Shown piece by piece: positions 25,430 to 38,319 of a stretch of 64,000 nt of DNA. This stretch comes from Eledone cirrhosa (taxonomy: Eukaryota). The translations under genes and the position numbers were made by a program. The stretch lies in NCBI GenBank assembly GCA_964016885.1, contig OZ024741.1, forward strand, positions 189,038,001-189,102,000. The letters are read 5' to 3'. A model generated the notes under the pieces. That model had not been told where the DNA came from. It searched no databases and worked only from the letters and a program-made list of their open reading frames with translations. Within the stretch, counting starts at the first letter, position 1, and the number at the start of each line of letters is the position of its first letter.

Positions 25430-26965
25430 CATTAACATTAGTGTAACTGATAAAGTGGCATTAGAGTGTGACTGGTAAAATGATGTTATAGTGTATCTGA
25501 GAAGGTGTTTACATACTGCAACTGGGAATGTAATGTATCAATGAGATTAGTAAAGTAATGTCATATTGGATTTTGGAAAGTATTGTAAGTGTGACCAGTA
25601 AAGTAGTGCTATTTTGTGACTGGAAAATTGTTGTAATAGTTGTGACTGTTTAAGCAATGTTACTGTAACTGAAAATAATGTTACAATGTGACTGATAAAT
25701 CAGCATTATAGTTGTGACTGTTGCAGTAATGTTACAATATGATAGGAAAATTGGTGTTACAGTTGTGGCTGTAAAAGCAATACTTCAGTGTGACCAGAAA
25801 GTGCTGTTACAATATGATTATGAAAGTTGTGTTACAATATGACTGGAGAATTGGTGTTTTATAGTTGTGACTTTGAAAGCAATGTTATAGTGTGATTTGT
25901 TAAGTGGTGTTTTGTGGCTAAAGGAGAAAGCAATATTTTTGTGTGACCAGAAAGTGGTGTTACTATATGACCGATAAAGTGATGTTTACAGTGTGACTGG
26001 GAATGTGTGAGAGATTAAAATATTGTTACTGACATAGAAAGTGATATCTAAGTTATGATACCATGTGATAGCAAATGTGATGGTGCAGTATGACTTGTGA
26101 AAGTATGTTACAGTATACCTAGCAAAGTACTGATACTTTGAGGTTTGGAAAATGGCATTACAATGTTACTGTAATGTGGTGTTACATTGTCATTGTAAAA
26201 ACAGTGTTACAGTGACTGATGAGTGGTGTAACATTATAGCATATAAATTAATGTTACAGTGAATGGTAAGTGTTGGTACACTGTTAATTATGAACTAATG
26301 CTATAGTTTGATTAGGAAAGTGGTATTAAATTGTGACTGGGAAGAGAATGTTACACGGTGTGACTGGGAAAGTAATGTTACACAGTATGACTGGGAAAGT
26401 AATGTTACATGGTGTGACTGGGAAAGTAATGTTTCACAGTGTGACTGGGAAGAGAATGTTACACAGTGTGACTGGGAAAGTAATGTTACACAGTGTGACT
26501 GGGAAGAGAATGTTACATAGTGTGACTGAGAAAGTAATGTTACACAGTGTGACTGGGAAGAGAATGTTACACAGTGTGACTGGGAAGAGAATGTTACATA
26601 GTGTGACTGAGAAAGTAATTTTACACAGTGTGACTGGAAAGAGAATGTTACACAATGTGACTGGGGGAAGAGAATGTTACAGTGTGACTGGGAAAGTAAT
26701 GTTACACAGTGTGACTGGGAAAGTAATGTTACACAGTGTGACTGGGAAGGGAATGTTACACTGTGACTGGGAAAGTAATGTTACACAGTGTGACTGGGAA
26801 AGTAATGTTACACAGTGTGATTGGGAAGAGACTGTTACACAGTGTGACTGGGAAAGTAATGTTACACAGTGTGACTGGGAAGAGAATGTTACACAGTGTG
26901 ACTGGGAAAGTAATGTTACATAGTGTAACTGGGAAAGTAATGTTACATAGTGTAACTGCTACATT
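25430..26965. repeat. 27-bp minisatellite, degenerate on the left and homogeneous at 26330-26960
   Basis: Unit gtgtgactgggaa(agt/gag)aatgttacaca. Confidence 0.9.
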
Positions 26966-27285
26966 ATGGTACTTATTACATGATGTTACATTGTAACTAT
27001 TTTCAACATATTCACTCATCATTGTTATCATTACCATCGTCACTACCAGTACACCCACCACTAGCATGATCAACATGACCATAACAACCACCATCACCAC
27101 CATCACCATCCTCATCCTCATCACAATTATCACTACTATCTTTATCATCATCACCATCATCATTAGCAACACCACCACTCCCACCATCACCATTATTTAT
27201 TACCACCACCACCATCATCATCATCCTAATCATTAGCTTGTTTATTAATGGTGCCGTGTTATATATGGTTGGTGCTGTTATTCAG

Positions 27286-27464
27286 GTGACTGAAGAAGAC
27301 CTGCACAGTCTGATGTTTGGAGACTACATGAACCCTGAGGCCTTGATAGATGAACGGGTGTATACAGAGGTAAAGTCACTGGATGAGATGTACCTTGTTG
27401 TCTATGGATACATGGAGGAATACAACAACACACACAAAACTCCAATGGATCTGGTCATATTTAG
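27286..27464 (+). CDS. DNAH12: Dynein heavy chain, window exon 6
   Basis: cag|GTG...AG|gtaag; VTEEDLHSLMFGDYMNPEALIDERVYTEVKSLDEMYLVVYGYMEEYNNTHKTPMDLVIFR; 179 nt. Confidence 0.95.
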
Positions 27465-27689
27465 GTAAGACACACTACATATCTACACTCACAGACAACA
27501 CACCATAGTCATTACATACTCTCAAGTCTTGAGTAATCGTTTCCCTGCTAATTCATTTTTCAGATTACTACAACACCCCCTCCCCAGCCCCCCCCCCCAT
27601 GTTTATTCCAATACACTTATTCTAACTCCTCCACTTATTTCACCACCACCCCGCTTATACCTCCCCACCCCCATTTATTTCACCACCAC

Positions 27690-27960
27690 CCCACTTATTC
27701 CTCCCCACCTCCACTGTCCACTGATTCCTCCCCACTCCTGCTGCTGATTCCTTCCCACCCCCCACTGATTCCTCCCTACCTCCACTGATTTCTCCCCACC
27801 CCCATTTATTCCTCCCCACTCCCACTGATTCCTCCCCACCACTTATTCCCCCCACTCGCACTGATCGTCCCCACCCCCACTAATTCCTCCCCACCCCCAC
27901 TGATTCCTCCCCACCCCCACTGATTCCTCCACACCCCCACTGATTCCTCCCCACCCCCTG
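27690..27960. repeat. C-rich ~20-bp tandem repeat
   Basis: Unit ccactgattcctccccaccc. Confidence 0.85.
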
Positions 27961-28644
27961 CTTATTCCAACCCTGCCTATTATTTGGGACCTGAGAGTAC
28001 ACATAAATATACACAATGATATATAATTTTTACATCTGTTTTTCATTTCATGCGTTAGTTAAACACGTCTTCTCCACTACACCACTTCTCCACTCCACTT
28101 GCCTGCCCCCTGTGTCATCTCCTTTGTGAGGTTCAGCATCTGAAGATCAGTTTTCATCACACCTGTCCAGGTCTTTCTTGGTTTTCTTCTTCCACAGCTT
28201 CTTTCCACAGCTTCTTTGGAACTGCTGGTACTTTATCCAATGATCACCATGTATAATGCAATATATAATTGTTTCTACTTTTGGCACAAGGCCAGAAATT
28301 ATCCCAGTGTATTACTGGTACTTTATTTTATCGACCCCCGTAGGGATGAAAGGCAAAGTTAACCTCGGCGGGATTTGAACTCAGACCATAAAGGGCCGTA
28401 ACTCTTTGCTGCAAAGCACGGCGTCTGACCCTCTACCGATACTGCCAAAATGCATTATATATTCGTATCAGTGCAATATTTTCTGCTACATATCACACAA
28501 TTACTCTTATACCTAATTTTTCTCTCAATTCACTTGTGCATTGTCATTTATGAGCACTAACACCACACACCTAGTGGAGCATGCTTAGTGATCAGTTTCA
28601 TCCCAATGAAGATTGATTGGAGTGCCTATATATATATATACATA

Positions 28645-29390
28645 CTAGCTGGCCCATCCGNNNNNNNNNNNNNNNNNNNNNNNNNNNNNNNNNNNNNNNN
28701 NNNNNNNNNNNNNNNNNNNNNNNNNNNNNNNNNNNNNNNNNNNNNNNNNNNNNNNNNNNNNNNNNNNNNNNNNNNNNNNNNNNNNNNNNNNNNNNNNNNN
28801 NNNNNNNNNNNNNNNNNNNNNNNNNNNNNNNNNNNNNNNNNNNNNNNNNNNNNNNNNNNNTGTTGTCATATAGAGAGTAAAGAGCGACAGAGAGTAAATC
28901 AGTTAAATTATAGAGAGGGGGGAATGATCTTACATACATATATACATACATATAAAGTATAGATATGTGTGTGTGTGTTTGTGTATGTGTGTTTGTGTAT
29001 GTGCATGTGTGTGTCTGTGTGTTTTGTTTTGATGTTATCCGGCAATTGGCGAAATCAGGTGTGAAAGTATGTGTATTTATGTGTGTGTGTGTGTCACTTA
29101 TGCGAGCGACGACAGATGAAAGATATACCACGGAAATGAACGTTATTTTTCAATCGCCACTACATTTGGTCATACACATTGTTTATTTCAAAATTATTTT
29201 AATGCCGATACTTGATTTAACGTCATTGGAAATTCGGTCACTTGCTGGTCCCCCTCTGTCTCTCTGTCTCTCTCTCTGAATAACTAACACTTTAATTGTA
29301 TCTCTCTCTGTCTAACGGCCTATCTCTCTCTTTTCTCCTCCCTCTGTTTTTCTGTCTCTCTCTGTAGATGTATGTGTGTAGTTTTCCTAA

Positions 29391-29455
<65 letters not shown>

Positions 29456-29930
29456 ATGTGTATATATTGAAGAGAGATACGGAAACTAAAACAGTGTTGT
29501 CATATAGAGAGTGAAGAGCGACAGAGAGAGTAAAGCTGTTAAATTATAGAGACATACATACATACATACATATATATATACGACCGTCAGCTTTATAAGT
29601 ATAGATATGTGTGTGTGTGTGTGTATGTGTGTATGTGCATGTGTGTGTCTGTGTGTTTTGTTTTGATGTTATCCGGCAATTGGCGAAATCAGGTGTGAAA
29701 GTATGTGTATTTGTGTGTGTGTTATGCGTGCGACGACAGTTGATTGAAGGGAGATACGGAAACTAAAACCGTGTTGCCATATAGAGAGTGAAGAGCGACA
29801 GAGAGATTAAAGCAGTTAAATTATAGAGAGAGGGATGAGCAATGGAGAGAGTAAAGCTAAGAAACTATAGGGAGGTGTGTAGGATACATACATACATAAT
29901 ACACATGACGCTCAGCTTTATAATATTATA
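28645..29930 (-). mobile_element. Non-autonomous Helitron spanning a 200-N gap, with tandemly reiterated 5' segments
   Basis: CTAG|T 3' end at 28645. TCTATAC..TATA-type 5' ends at ~28963 and ~29605, possibly ~29930. Internal direct repeats start at 28861, 29496 and 29772. Confidence 0.6.
28661..28860. other. Assembly gap (200 N)
   Basis: Run of n. Confidence 1.
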
Positions 29931-29939
29931 TATATAATG

Positions 29940-31670
29940 ATATTAAATAAATGGAAACTATATTTATAAAACCATATTTATTTTATTATATATATTTCAA
30001 GGGTACCAAAAGATTTTGGTACACTTTCTTCAGATAAATTACAAAGTTTGTTTTATAAATAGAGACATAACTAGGAAAATCATAGCTTATCAGTTGAATA
30101 TTCTCTGGATGGTGGAAATGTATTAGGGATTTTTCAAACTTATGGGTGAATATGCAAATGAATATGTAAATAATTGAAAAACAACCGTTTATTTAAACGA
30201 CTGGGGAGAGAGAGAAAAGAGATGAGAAGAAGGACAAAATAGTGAGAGAGAGAAAGAGAGAAGGAAAAAAGCGAAGATGAATAAAAAAACTTCTATAACG
30301 TTAATTTGAGGAAAATATATTCGGACAATTATCTATGTATATATGTAAATAAATATCTTAATATTATGTGTATTTATATTAAATGTTTAAGATACATTTA
30401 GCCAGAATCAGTTAGTAGTTATTAATCTATTGAAAAAATATTGAAAAAATATTTTTAAAATATAGTAAAAAAAATAAAAAAAAAAATTTTTTTAATCTTG
30501 AGAAAATTTTTGAAAAAATTTTGATAAAATTTTAAAAAAATCTTTTTAAAAAATTTTTTTAAGAGATAAGTAATTTTTAAAGAAATAAAAAATTATTAAA
30601 ATTAAAATTTTTAAAGATTAGAATTATATACGTATATATTATATGAACATTTTTAAGAAGTGGAAGTACAACAAATGTTAGAGATATTATGATTTAGAGT
30701 TATCAATATATTAAAACCAAGTAGATGAGATTGTTATGGAGATTAATAGGAATATTATAAGTATAATTATAAGTTATATATAGTTCTGAATATTGAATTC
30801 TGGCGATATCTACAAGAATTAAATAAATTTGTTCTTAGATTAATTGAGTTTTTACAGTTAAGTATATCAAAAATTTCCTCAATACACAATTTGCAGAATC
30901 TAGATAGAGCTGTGTTTCAGTACGCAGGTGCTTTTGAAACTGTTTCCCAAGTTAGTGAATAGTCTATATTCTTGCATTTTAAGTTCCATATCAGGTTTGA
31001 AAGAGAAGTTGAAGATTTTTTATCAAATCTTCGGAAAGAAAAATTGTGGTTATTCCAGTGAATTTTAAATTCTGTAGAAGTTGCACCGACATAGTTAAAT
31101 ATATTATCACTAGTTTTAACTGCATTTATAGACCACGTTTTTATCTAAACACTTATTTTGTAAAGGACAGTTTGATTTAATTCTACAATTACATTTTGCG
31201 GAGTTGTTGCTCAGAACGGTACTATTAGGTTGGATATTGCTAGAATTATTACTGCTATTTTGGTTATTTTGGTTAGGGTTTAAATTTAAATTTCTATTAT
31301 TAATTCTATTTATATTTTGTGCTATGTTCATAGTAGTAGAGTAGGATAGTTTTATAGTATGTCTGTTAAAGATTGAGTTGTATCTGTGGGCTTTAGGAAA
31401 AGATTTTTCTAGTGCTTTAAAGAATAGCTTTGCTAAAGGTGTTTTAACGCTTAATGAGAATGGGGGTGAATACCAAATAATATTTCTAGTTCTAGTTCTT
31501 CTGTTAGTTTTAGAGTTTAAGTTAAATTTTTTATTATTATTACAATTAATAGTAGAGTGATTTGCCTTATTATTGTTGTCGATGTATTTAATCTTATTTA
31601 TATACCCTGCTCTATTTAAAGCTTCATTATAATATTCAGCCTTATCATCAAAAATGTTTTTATTATTATT
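29940..31670 (-). mobile_element. Penelope-like element 3' part (GIY-YIG endonuclease)
   Basis: IIWYSPPFSLSVKT...IFNRHTIKLSYS...CNCRIKSNCPLQNKCLDKNVVYKC, then YVGAT..EFK after a frameshift. Hammerhead in the 3' region. Confidence 0.85.
29982..30038 (-). ncRNA. Minimal type I hammerhead ribozyme (Penelope-associated)
   Basis: Minus strand: uuuau CUGAAGA aagu-guaccaaaa uc uuuugguac-ccuu GAAA uauaua UA|auaaa. Confidence 0.7.
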
Positions 31671-31676
31671 ATATAT

Positions 31677-32139
31677 ATATGAATGTATGTATAGTATATT
31701 TGGCAATAAACCGTATGTTTAATTAAAAACATTTAGAAGACCATTTGCTATTAGTTTTAAAGTAGTGACTATGTCACTTATTTTCGGTGACAACAAAAGG
31801 AAGAGTGATTGACAGTCTGTTTCTCAACATTCATGTATACAACACTATTTCAAAGCACCAATACTAATACTTAATTTTTGTTGGACCGGCAATCATTCTG
31901 TATAATCAGCTCCTGATTATTACTGGAATTCTATAAGAATCCAATTTCTATAATTTTTGGCGAAGGCAGGGGAGTGTGTGGTTTTGATAAACGCCAACCA
32001 GCGAGAGACAGACTGTCAATCACTTTCCTCTTTGTTTTCGTCGAAAATAAGTGACATAGTCACTACTTTAAAACTAATAAATGTTTTTAATTAAACATAC
32101 GGTATATTGCCAAATATGCTATACATACATTCATGTATA
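31677..32139. mobile_element. Foldback/MITE-like element with ~135-145-bp inverted arms
   Basis: 31677-31825 is the near reverse complement of 32003-32139. Confidence 0.8.
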
Positions 32140-32425
32140 CGTCGCTAATTCAGAGCACCAACAGTAAAAGTTGTATAGTGTAGATTCAATGTTGCTGGGT
32201 TTGTTTGATGGAGGACTTCTCTGTGGATAATCCTATTCTCACCAGAAAACAGGAGCTTTGGATACTGGATGTTAAAGCCCTCAAGAGCTTTAAAGTACCA
32301 GCTGCATGTGGTCTATGTCTCTCACACATTCCAGAGAATAAAAGCACTAGAAAATAACCTCCCTATATTTGTTTCCTATCCTCCTTTCTTTCTCTCTGTC
32401 ACTTTCTATCTTTCTCTTTCTACAG

Positions 32426-32618
32426 ATATGTCTTGGAACATCTGTCGAGGATCTGTCGGATTTTATCTTCACCCGGTGGCAATGCTCTCTTGGTTGGAGT
32501 TGGTGGAAGTGGGCGCCAATCTTTGACCCGACTAGCCAATGCAATGGCCTGTTACCAGTTGTTCCAGCCAGAGATTACCAGGAGTTATGGAAAAACAGAG
32601 TGGAGAGAAGATATCAAG
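32426..32618 (+). CDS. DNAH12: Dynein heavy chain, window exon 7 (AAA4 P-loop)
   Basis: cag|A TAT...AAG|gtatc; [77 protein letters not shown] is DNAH12-like from memory. Confidence 0.96.
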
Positions 32619-32874
32619 GTATCATCATAGCACCATATATCACAGTTGTTTTCATTATCATAGTTCCAATGTTTTATTATGTTTGAGTTTCTGAAGGTGG
32701 TCGATTGGCAGTATCAGTAGAGTATCAGATAAAAATGGCCTTGTGCCTAAATCAGAAACCATTATTATTTGAAACTTCCTTTGACTTCTGCTTCTTTCCC
32801 AAATCATGCTGAGAGTCAACCTGACACCTAAGGCAAAATTTGATAATACATACATTTTATAATCAATTGTTACC

Positions 32875-35345
32875 ATCATCATCCGGCAGCCTCAGCTGAA
32901 ATGGACTCAACAATTGATCTCCACGTGGGTCTGTTGTTCATTGCCGTTGCTAAGTCCTGGATTTCAATACCAGAATCTATGGAGATGACATCGAAGTATG
33001 AGAGCGTGTGTCCCCTGTTATTGGTGATTGCTTGTGGTTTCCAAAGCACTAATGGGGACACAGCCTTGTAGGTGGCACAAAGGCAGTGGCGAGCAAATCT
33101 TACTCTCCTTTTACGTACAACGACAGATATGCATGGGAGGCCGGCATATATCTCTCTCAAAGGCAGATGTCGACAGCGTATGTTCTGAATGCGTTGAAGC
33201 AAGCGAGTGTAGGTGCCATTAAGGTGCTTTTGTTGTTTGGATGAAAGCATCTATGTTTCACTTCCATATAGCAAGATTGGTTGAATTGTTACTTGGAAGA
33301 GTCTGATCTTGGCGCGGTTGGAAAGATTTGAATGCCAAACTCGATCCATCTTGTTGCAAGCTGACCATGCTTGGGCCTTTCTGGTGGCAAAATCCTTCTC
33401 AGAGTCCATGATCCAGGACCAAGATACTTGAAATCCTTGACTTGCTTGATATCACTGCCATTGATTGCTTTGATGCTGTTGCCTGTACAGTTTGATATGT
33501 ACTCTGTTTAACCCTCAACGAGGGCAGCTGCTTCCTGGAGAGATGTCAAAAGTTGTTGCGTATTTCTAGGCAATCTGCAAGAAGTGCAATGTCATCCGCA
33601 AAGTCAAGGTCAGTGAGATGTTTAGAGGGGTGCCTAGAGCTCATAAGGGATTTGATGGTTATACCCTTGTTATTGATTTTGTCAATTGAGAGTCTTAGGG
33701 CATAGTCAAGTGCAATGATGAAGAGGAATGGGGCAAGAGTGTCACCCTGCAGCACACCTACTGAGACGTCAAAGAACTCTGTTGGGCCATCAGGGGTGAT
33801 GATAGTGGCACTTGTGTTTAGATACAGAGCCTTAATTTCTTCCACAAGTCTTGCTGGGATGCCATACAAAGGTAGAATTTCAAACAGAATGTCTCTGTTT
33901 ATGCTGTCAAAAGCTTTTCTAAAGTTAACAAAAACCAGAGCCATTTGTCTGTTGGAGTTTCTCGTCTCCTCCACAAGGCCAAAATCTGTGCAAGTGTAGA
34001 TCTACAATGCCTAAAACCGTTTTGGTTGATGCAAAGGATTGGATCAACATACAGAACTATACGGTTGAGGATTAGCTTGTTGTAGATCTTGGTTGCAATG
34101 AGCATAAGTGATATTCCTCAGTAGTTTTGGGGGGATTAGAGATCACCTTTTTTGGGGGACAGGAAATATGCCTCCTTTTAGCCAACTTGTTGGAGGAATT
34201 TTGTTGCTTAAGATGTCATTTGAGATTGATAATAGGACTGAAGTAAGGTTTGCGTCTTTCAAAATTATATTGGGTATGTTGTCGAGACTGGGTGATTTTT
34301 TTTGTTTTTAAGTGTTTTGATCACTGGGTTGATCTCACTCACGGTGAAAAGTCCAGTGGAGATGTTGAGTTCAGGTGATACGACAGACTTTAGGAGATCG
34401 CCTTCTACAGGGGATGGTTCGCTCAGTAGTCTCTTGAAGTGGTCAGTCCAGCTCTTTTCCCTAGATTCTTGAGAGCCTCCTTTGATGATGGGTGTAGGTT
34501 TTTCTTTTCTACCAGTTATTTTGTTGATTAAAGCCGATGCAGCTGCGTGCTGTTTGTTTATATGAAGGGTCTTAAGTTTGTTTATTTTTCCTTCTACATA
34601 CTCTGCAAGAGCAGTTGTGTACACCTCATCAGGGTCTTTTTTGCATTGGGTCATTTCACTTTTCAGTAAACTAGTTGGATTTGAGTTATACTGAGAAGAA
34701 AGACTTTGCAGTTGTTTACGTGCTGAGGATACTAAGATATGTGAGTTCAATTTCATGAGCTTCCTTTTGAAACAATTAGGTTGGAGTATTTAGTCTCAAT
34801 GCAATCATCAGTAAAGGATAGTTCAGAGAACCTATCGTAGACACTAATTGCATACCGGCTGGAGAGCTCCTTATTTGATAACACTAACCTCCAGTCAATT
34901 TGTTTCATAGGCTCAGCGGGGACTTCTTAGGAGCACGGAGACTAAGAGTAACTTTGAAAGAGACAATCCTCTGATCAGATCCCATGTTGGAGAAGGAAGA
35001 ATAGGTTTCAGAGTTATGTACACTGTTTCGTTATTTTTTCCGAAATAGGATATAATCCAATTGAGCTCTACTACCATTAGGGTGAATGACCAGAGCTTGG
35101 ATTGCTTTTTCATGAAGTTATTTGTAGACGAGAAGAATTCAAATTCATCAAGGAGTTGGAGAAACATCTCACCATTTCAGTTTGTTTCGGTGTTGAAGGT
35201 GAATTTTACATTGTCAGGGCCTAGTTTGGTATTGAAGTCGCCTACAATAGTAAGGAAATTATGGGCAGGGATGTTTTCAATGACCGGTCTCAGAGCTTGA
35301 TAGAACCTGGCGGCAGTTTCCTCATCACTGCTCTTTGTTGGGCTA
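32875..35345 (-). mobile_element. Degenerate APE-RT LINE (RTE-like)
   Basis: APE remnant (IVGDFNTKLG), INQNGFR, FVNFRKAFDSI, GVLQGDTLAPFLFII, DLDFADDIALL; (GAT)n tail. Confidence 0.88.
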
Positions 35346-35354
35346 TAGCAAGAT

Positions 35355-38030
35355 TGTTATACAAATGATGCCACAAGGGCACAAACAACAGTAAATGTCT
35401 TTGCAAGGTTTTTAAATTGATAATGCTCTTCTCAGGACATGGATATGGTCAGTCAGCACTATTTTCTGTATATCTTGCAGAGATGGCTTTCCAGGTATTC
35501 AGTCCACATATTTTTCAGTTCCCTTTTTTATTATTCCAAGTGCACCGAATATCACTGGTATTGTACAGGCCTTAAGATGCTATATTTTCTTAATTTCAAT
35601 TGATAGATCTTTATACTTACTCAGCTTTCTGAATTCTTTCAAGATGTTACGATCTGATGGAATGTTCATGTTAATTAAGAAACATGTTTTCTTTTTATGG
35701 TCCTTCACAATTAAATCAGGTTTGTTGGCCTTGAATTTTCTGTTGGTATTCATAGGGAAATCTTATAAGATTGTCATGTTCTCGCCTCCTGTTACTTACT
35801 ACATCTGGGTGATAGTTGAACCATTTCCCCTCCATTTTCAGACCATAAAACCTGCACACTACCTGGTGTAAGTATTGCTCCACTCAATTGTTTTATATTG
35901 CTAGGGAGCTAATACTTTGCAGCTTGACATCAGCTGGCCAATGGTCTCAACATGCTCATCACAGAATGGATACATTGGGTTAATTCCATTTCTGAGTTTG
36001 TGCTTGTCATTCTACCTTTCTTGAATGTTGCTTTGGCACATGTTTTCAATCCAAACCTCATCCCTTATTATCTCTAAACACCATAATTGTCTTCAGCAGT
36101 CCTTCTAATTTGCTGTCATTTTTTGGCATACAGTTTCAAGTCGTCCATATAAAACAGGGGATTTATGGTTTTGCTGTCTATTTTGTAGCCATATTGTGTT
36201 TTGTTGAGTACTAGAGACAGCAGTGTGAGTGCAATCAAAATATCAGAGGAGAAAACAAATCACCTTGAAAAATACCACAGCTAATACTTATGTTGCTGAA
36301 ATTTATAGTATTCCATATAGATGTGTTGTATTTCAGGAAGTTTGATATTATTGGGGAAGTTTTCAGAACATCCAAAGTATTCAAAGTCCATGAGTGGGAA
36401 ATACTATCAAATGTTTTTTTTTAGTGAATCCAAGCAGTACTCAAACTTCTGTACTTGTTATGACAGTTTTCCTGAATCATAGTCAATGAAAATTTGGTCT
36501 TTGCACTTGTAAGACCCACAGCAACAACTTTTCTGCTCAATAGAGAAAAGATGATTTTCATCCATAAATTTGTAGGTTATCTCATTCAGGGTTGAGGAGA
36601 ATTTTGTATGATGTGGGAAAGCAAGTGATAGACTGATAACGTTTGGGGATATTTCTTTCTGTCAATTTTGGCAAGAGTTACGTTATACATTGTGCAAACC
36701 AATTAGGAGTTTTCTCAGGATTGTGCATAATTTCGTTATAACATTTTACCAACATATCATGGGTAGTAGTTAGAGAAGATAATCAGAAGTTTGGCACTTT
36801 ATGAATGCTAGGGGATTTCTGTTTGTTGGCTTATTTAGTGCCAATTCCACTTCTTCCATAGTTATGCCTTGCCAAGTCTGCCTTTCTAAATTATTGTATG
36901 TTTCTTCCATTTGCATTATGAGATTTATCTATACTCCGTACTGTTTTCCAAAATTCTTCAATTTCATGAATTGAGGCAGGTTCCTTTACTTGAATTGTCT
37001 GTGTCCCAATTTCCCTGTGAAACCTCTTTTCATCTGATTTAAACAGCTTATTTTGCCTGTAAAAACCTATTCCGCTTTTCAAATCTTCTTATTCTTTGAG
37101 TTTTCAACTGTTCTTTCTGTTGCAGGATTTTTTTTATTGGTGGGACATCAGATTTTCATGTTACTTTGTATTTATTTTCTTCCTTTTCTTAACTTGACAA
37201 ATTTCCCAGCACATATTTCACCCAGGATCAATAATTATCCCTTCATTATTTCAATTTCTTTCTCAATTTTTATCTTTGAGGGTGGTTTTTTGTGAGCGTT
37301 GTGTCCTTTTTGCTTTTTCTTAACCCCATTTCCTTTCTATTACTCTCACTGCTGCATAAATAACCCCATTCAGTTCTGATATATCAGGCTTCATCTCTTC
37401 AATTATTGTTTTAACAACCTGATTTCCATTTCTTATGTATGTTTTGTTCTGGTTGTTGCTTGTTAATTTTTGCAGCCCCCCCCCCCCCAAGTTAATTGAA
37501 AATTTCTTGTTTTGCTTCTTCCATCTGATCTTTATGTTCATGAGTAAACATATCTTCATCCATATTGTCAATCAGTCTTTCAACTTGGCCCTGCTCTGTT
37601 GTGTTTCTGATACTTTCAATGCTCTGTGAAATTTCACATGGTGACAACATAGTCAATATGTTTTGTGTTGTCACTGCTGTCACATATTCATTTCTATCCC
37701 TTTCTGATATTGGTATTTCCAAATCTTTTTTGTTGTTTCTTTATACATTTTATCCTTCACTACCAAGGAGTAATACCTCTAGGCTGATTATCAACCAAGA
37801 TTAGTGAACTCATCCTGCCCATGAGACACAGCTACTCCCCACAAATTTAAAATATAAAAGTAGATATTTGGGTTAATGGCCCAAATATTATAGTCACACT
37901 TCTTGAGGACAAAGGCCTTATGTTGTTATTGTAACAAAAATTATATCAAAACAATCATTTTAAACATGTGGAAATCATCAAACTTACGGAAGCGAATTCC
38001 TAACCTAGACGCACTCTTTTGCTGCTGCTG
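35355..38030 (-). mobile_element. Degenerate RLE-type non-LTR retrotransposon (R4/Dong-like)
   Basis: QNKLFKSDEKRF, LFYMDDLKLYAK (RT), KPDLIVKDHKRKTCFLINMNIP..KYKDL..IPVIFGALG (restriction-like endonuclease). 5' end sits in a (TAA)n-type tract. Confidence 0.75.
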
Positions 38031-38319
38031 GTATTATTATTATTATTGTTGTTGTTGTTATTTATTATCATGAGGGATCATGCCACACTGTTTTCACCGC
38101 TGGTGAGTTTTTAAATTTTGTTATATTTTTGTTGACAATTGTCACAAAATTTTGATACAATCGATTTCATAAGGTTGTGTTCTATCCGCTTCAGAAATAT
38201 ATTTCTGTAATAATGGTGGGATAGGCTAAAATGCTCATTCCAAAGTGGGATTGTGTTACCATCTTCCCCAAAATTCAAAAATTGCCAGTCCATTGACTTG
38301 AAAATAAGCCAGCATTTTT

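Noticed and set aside
26308-27233. Repetitive ORFs (VTGKVMLHS, CDWESNVTQ, poly-Val/Asp)
   Set aside because: By-products of a 27-bp minisatellite and CAT/CAC microsatellites.
32493-32525. Walker A with Arg in place of Lys (GVGGSGRQS)
   Set aside because: Normal for AAA4 of many axonemal dyneins.
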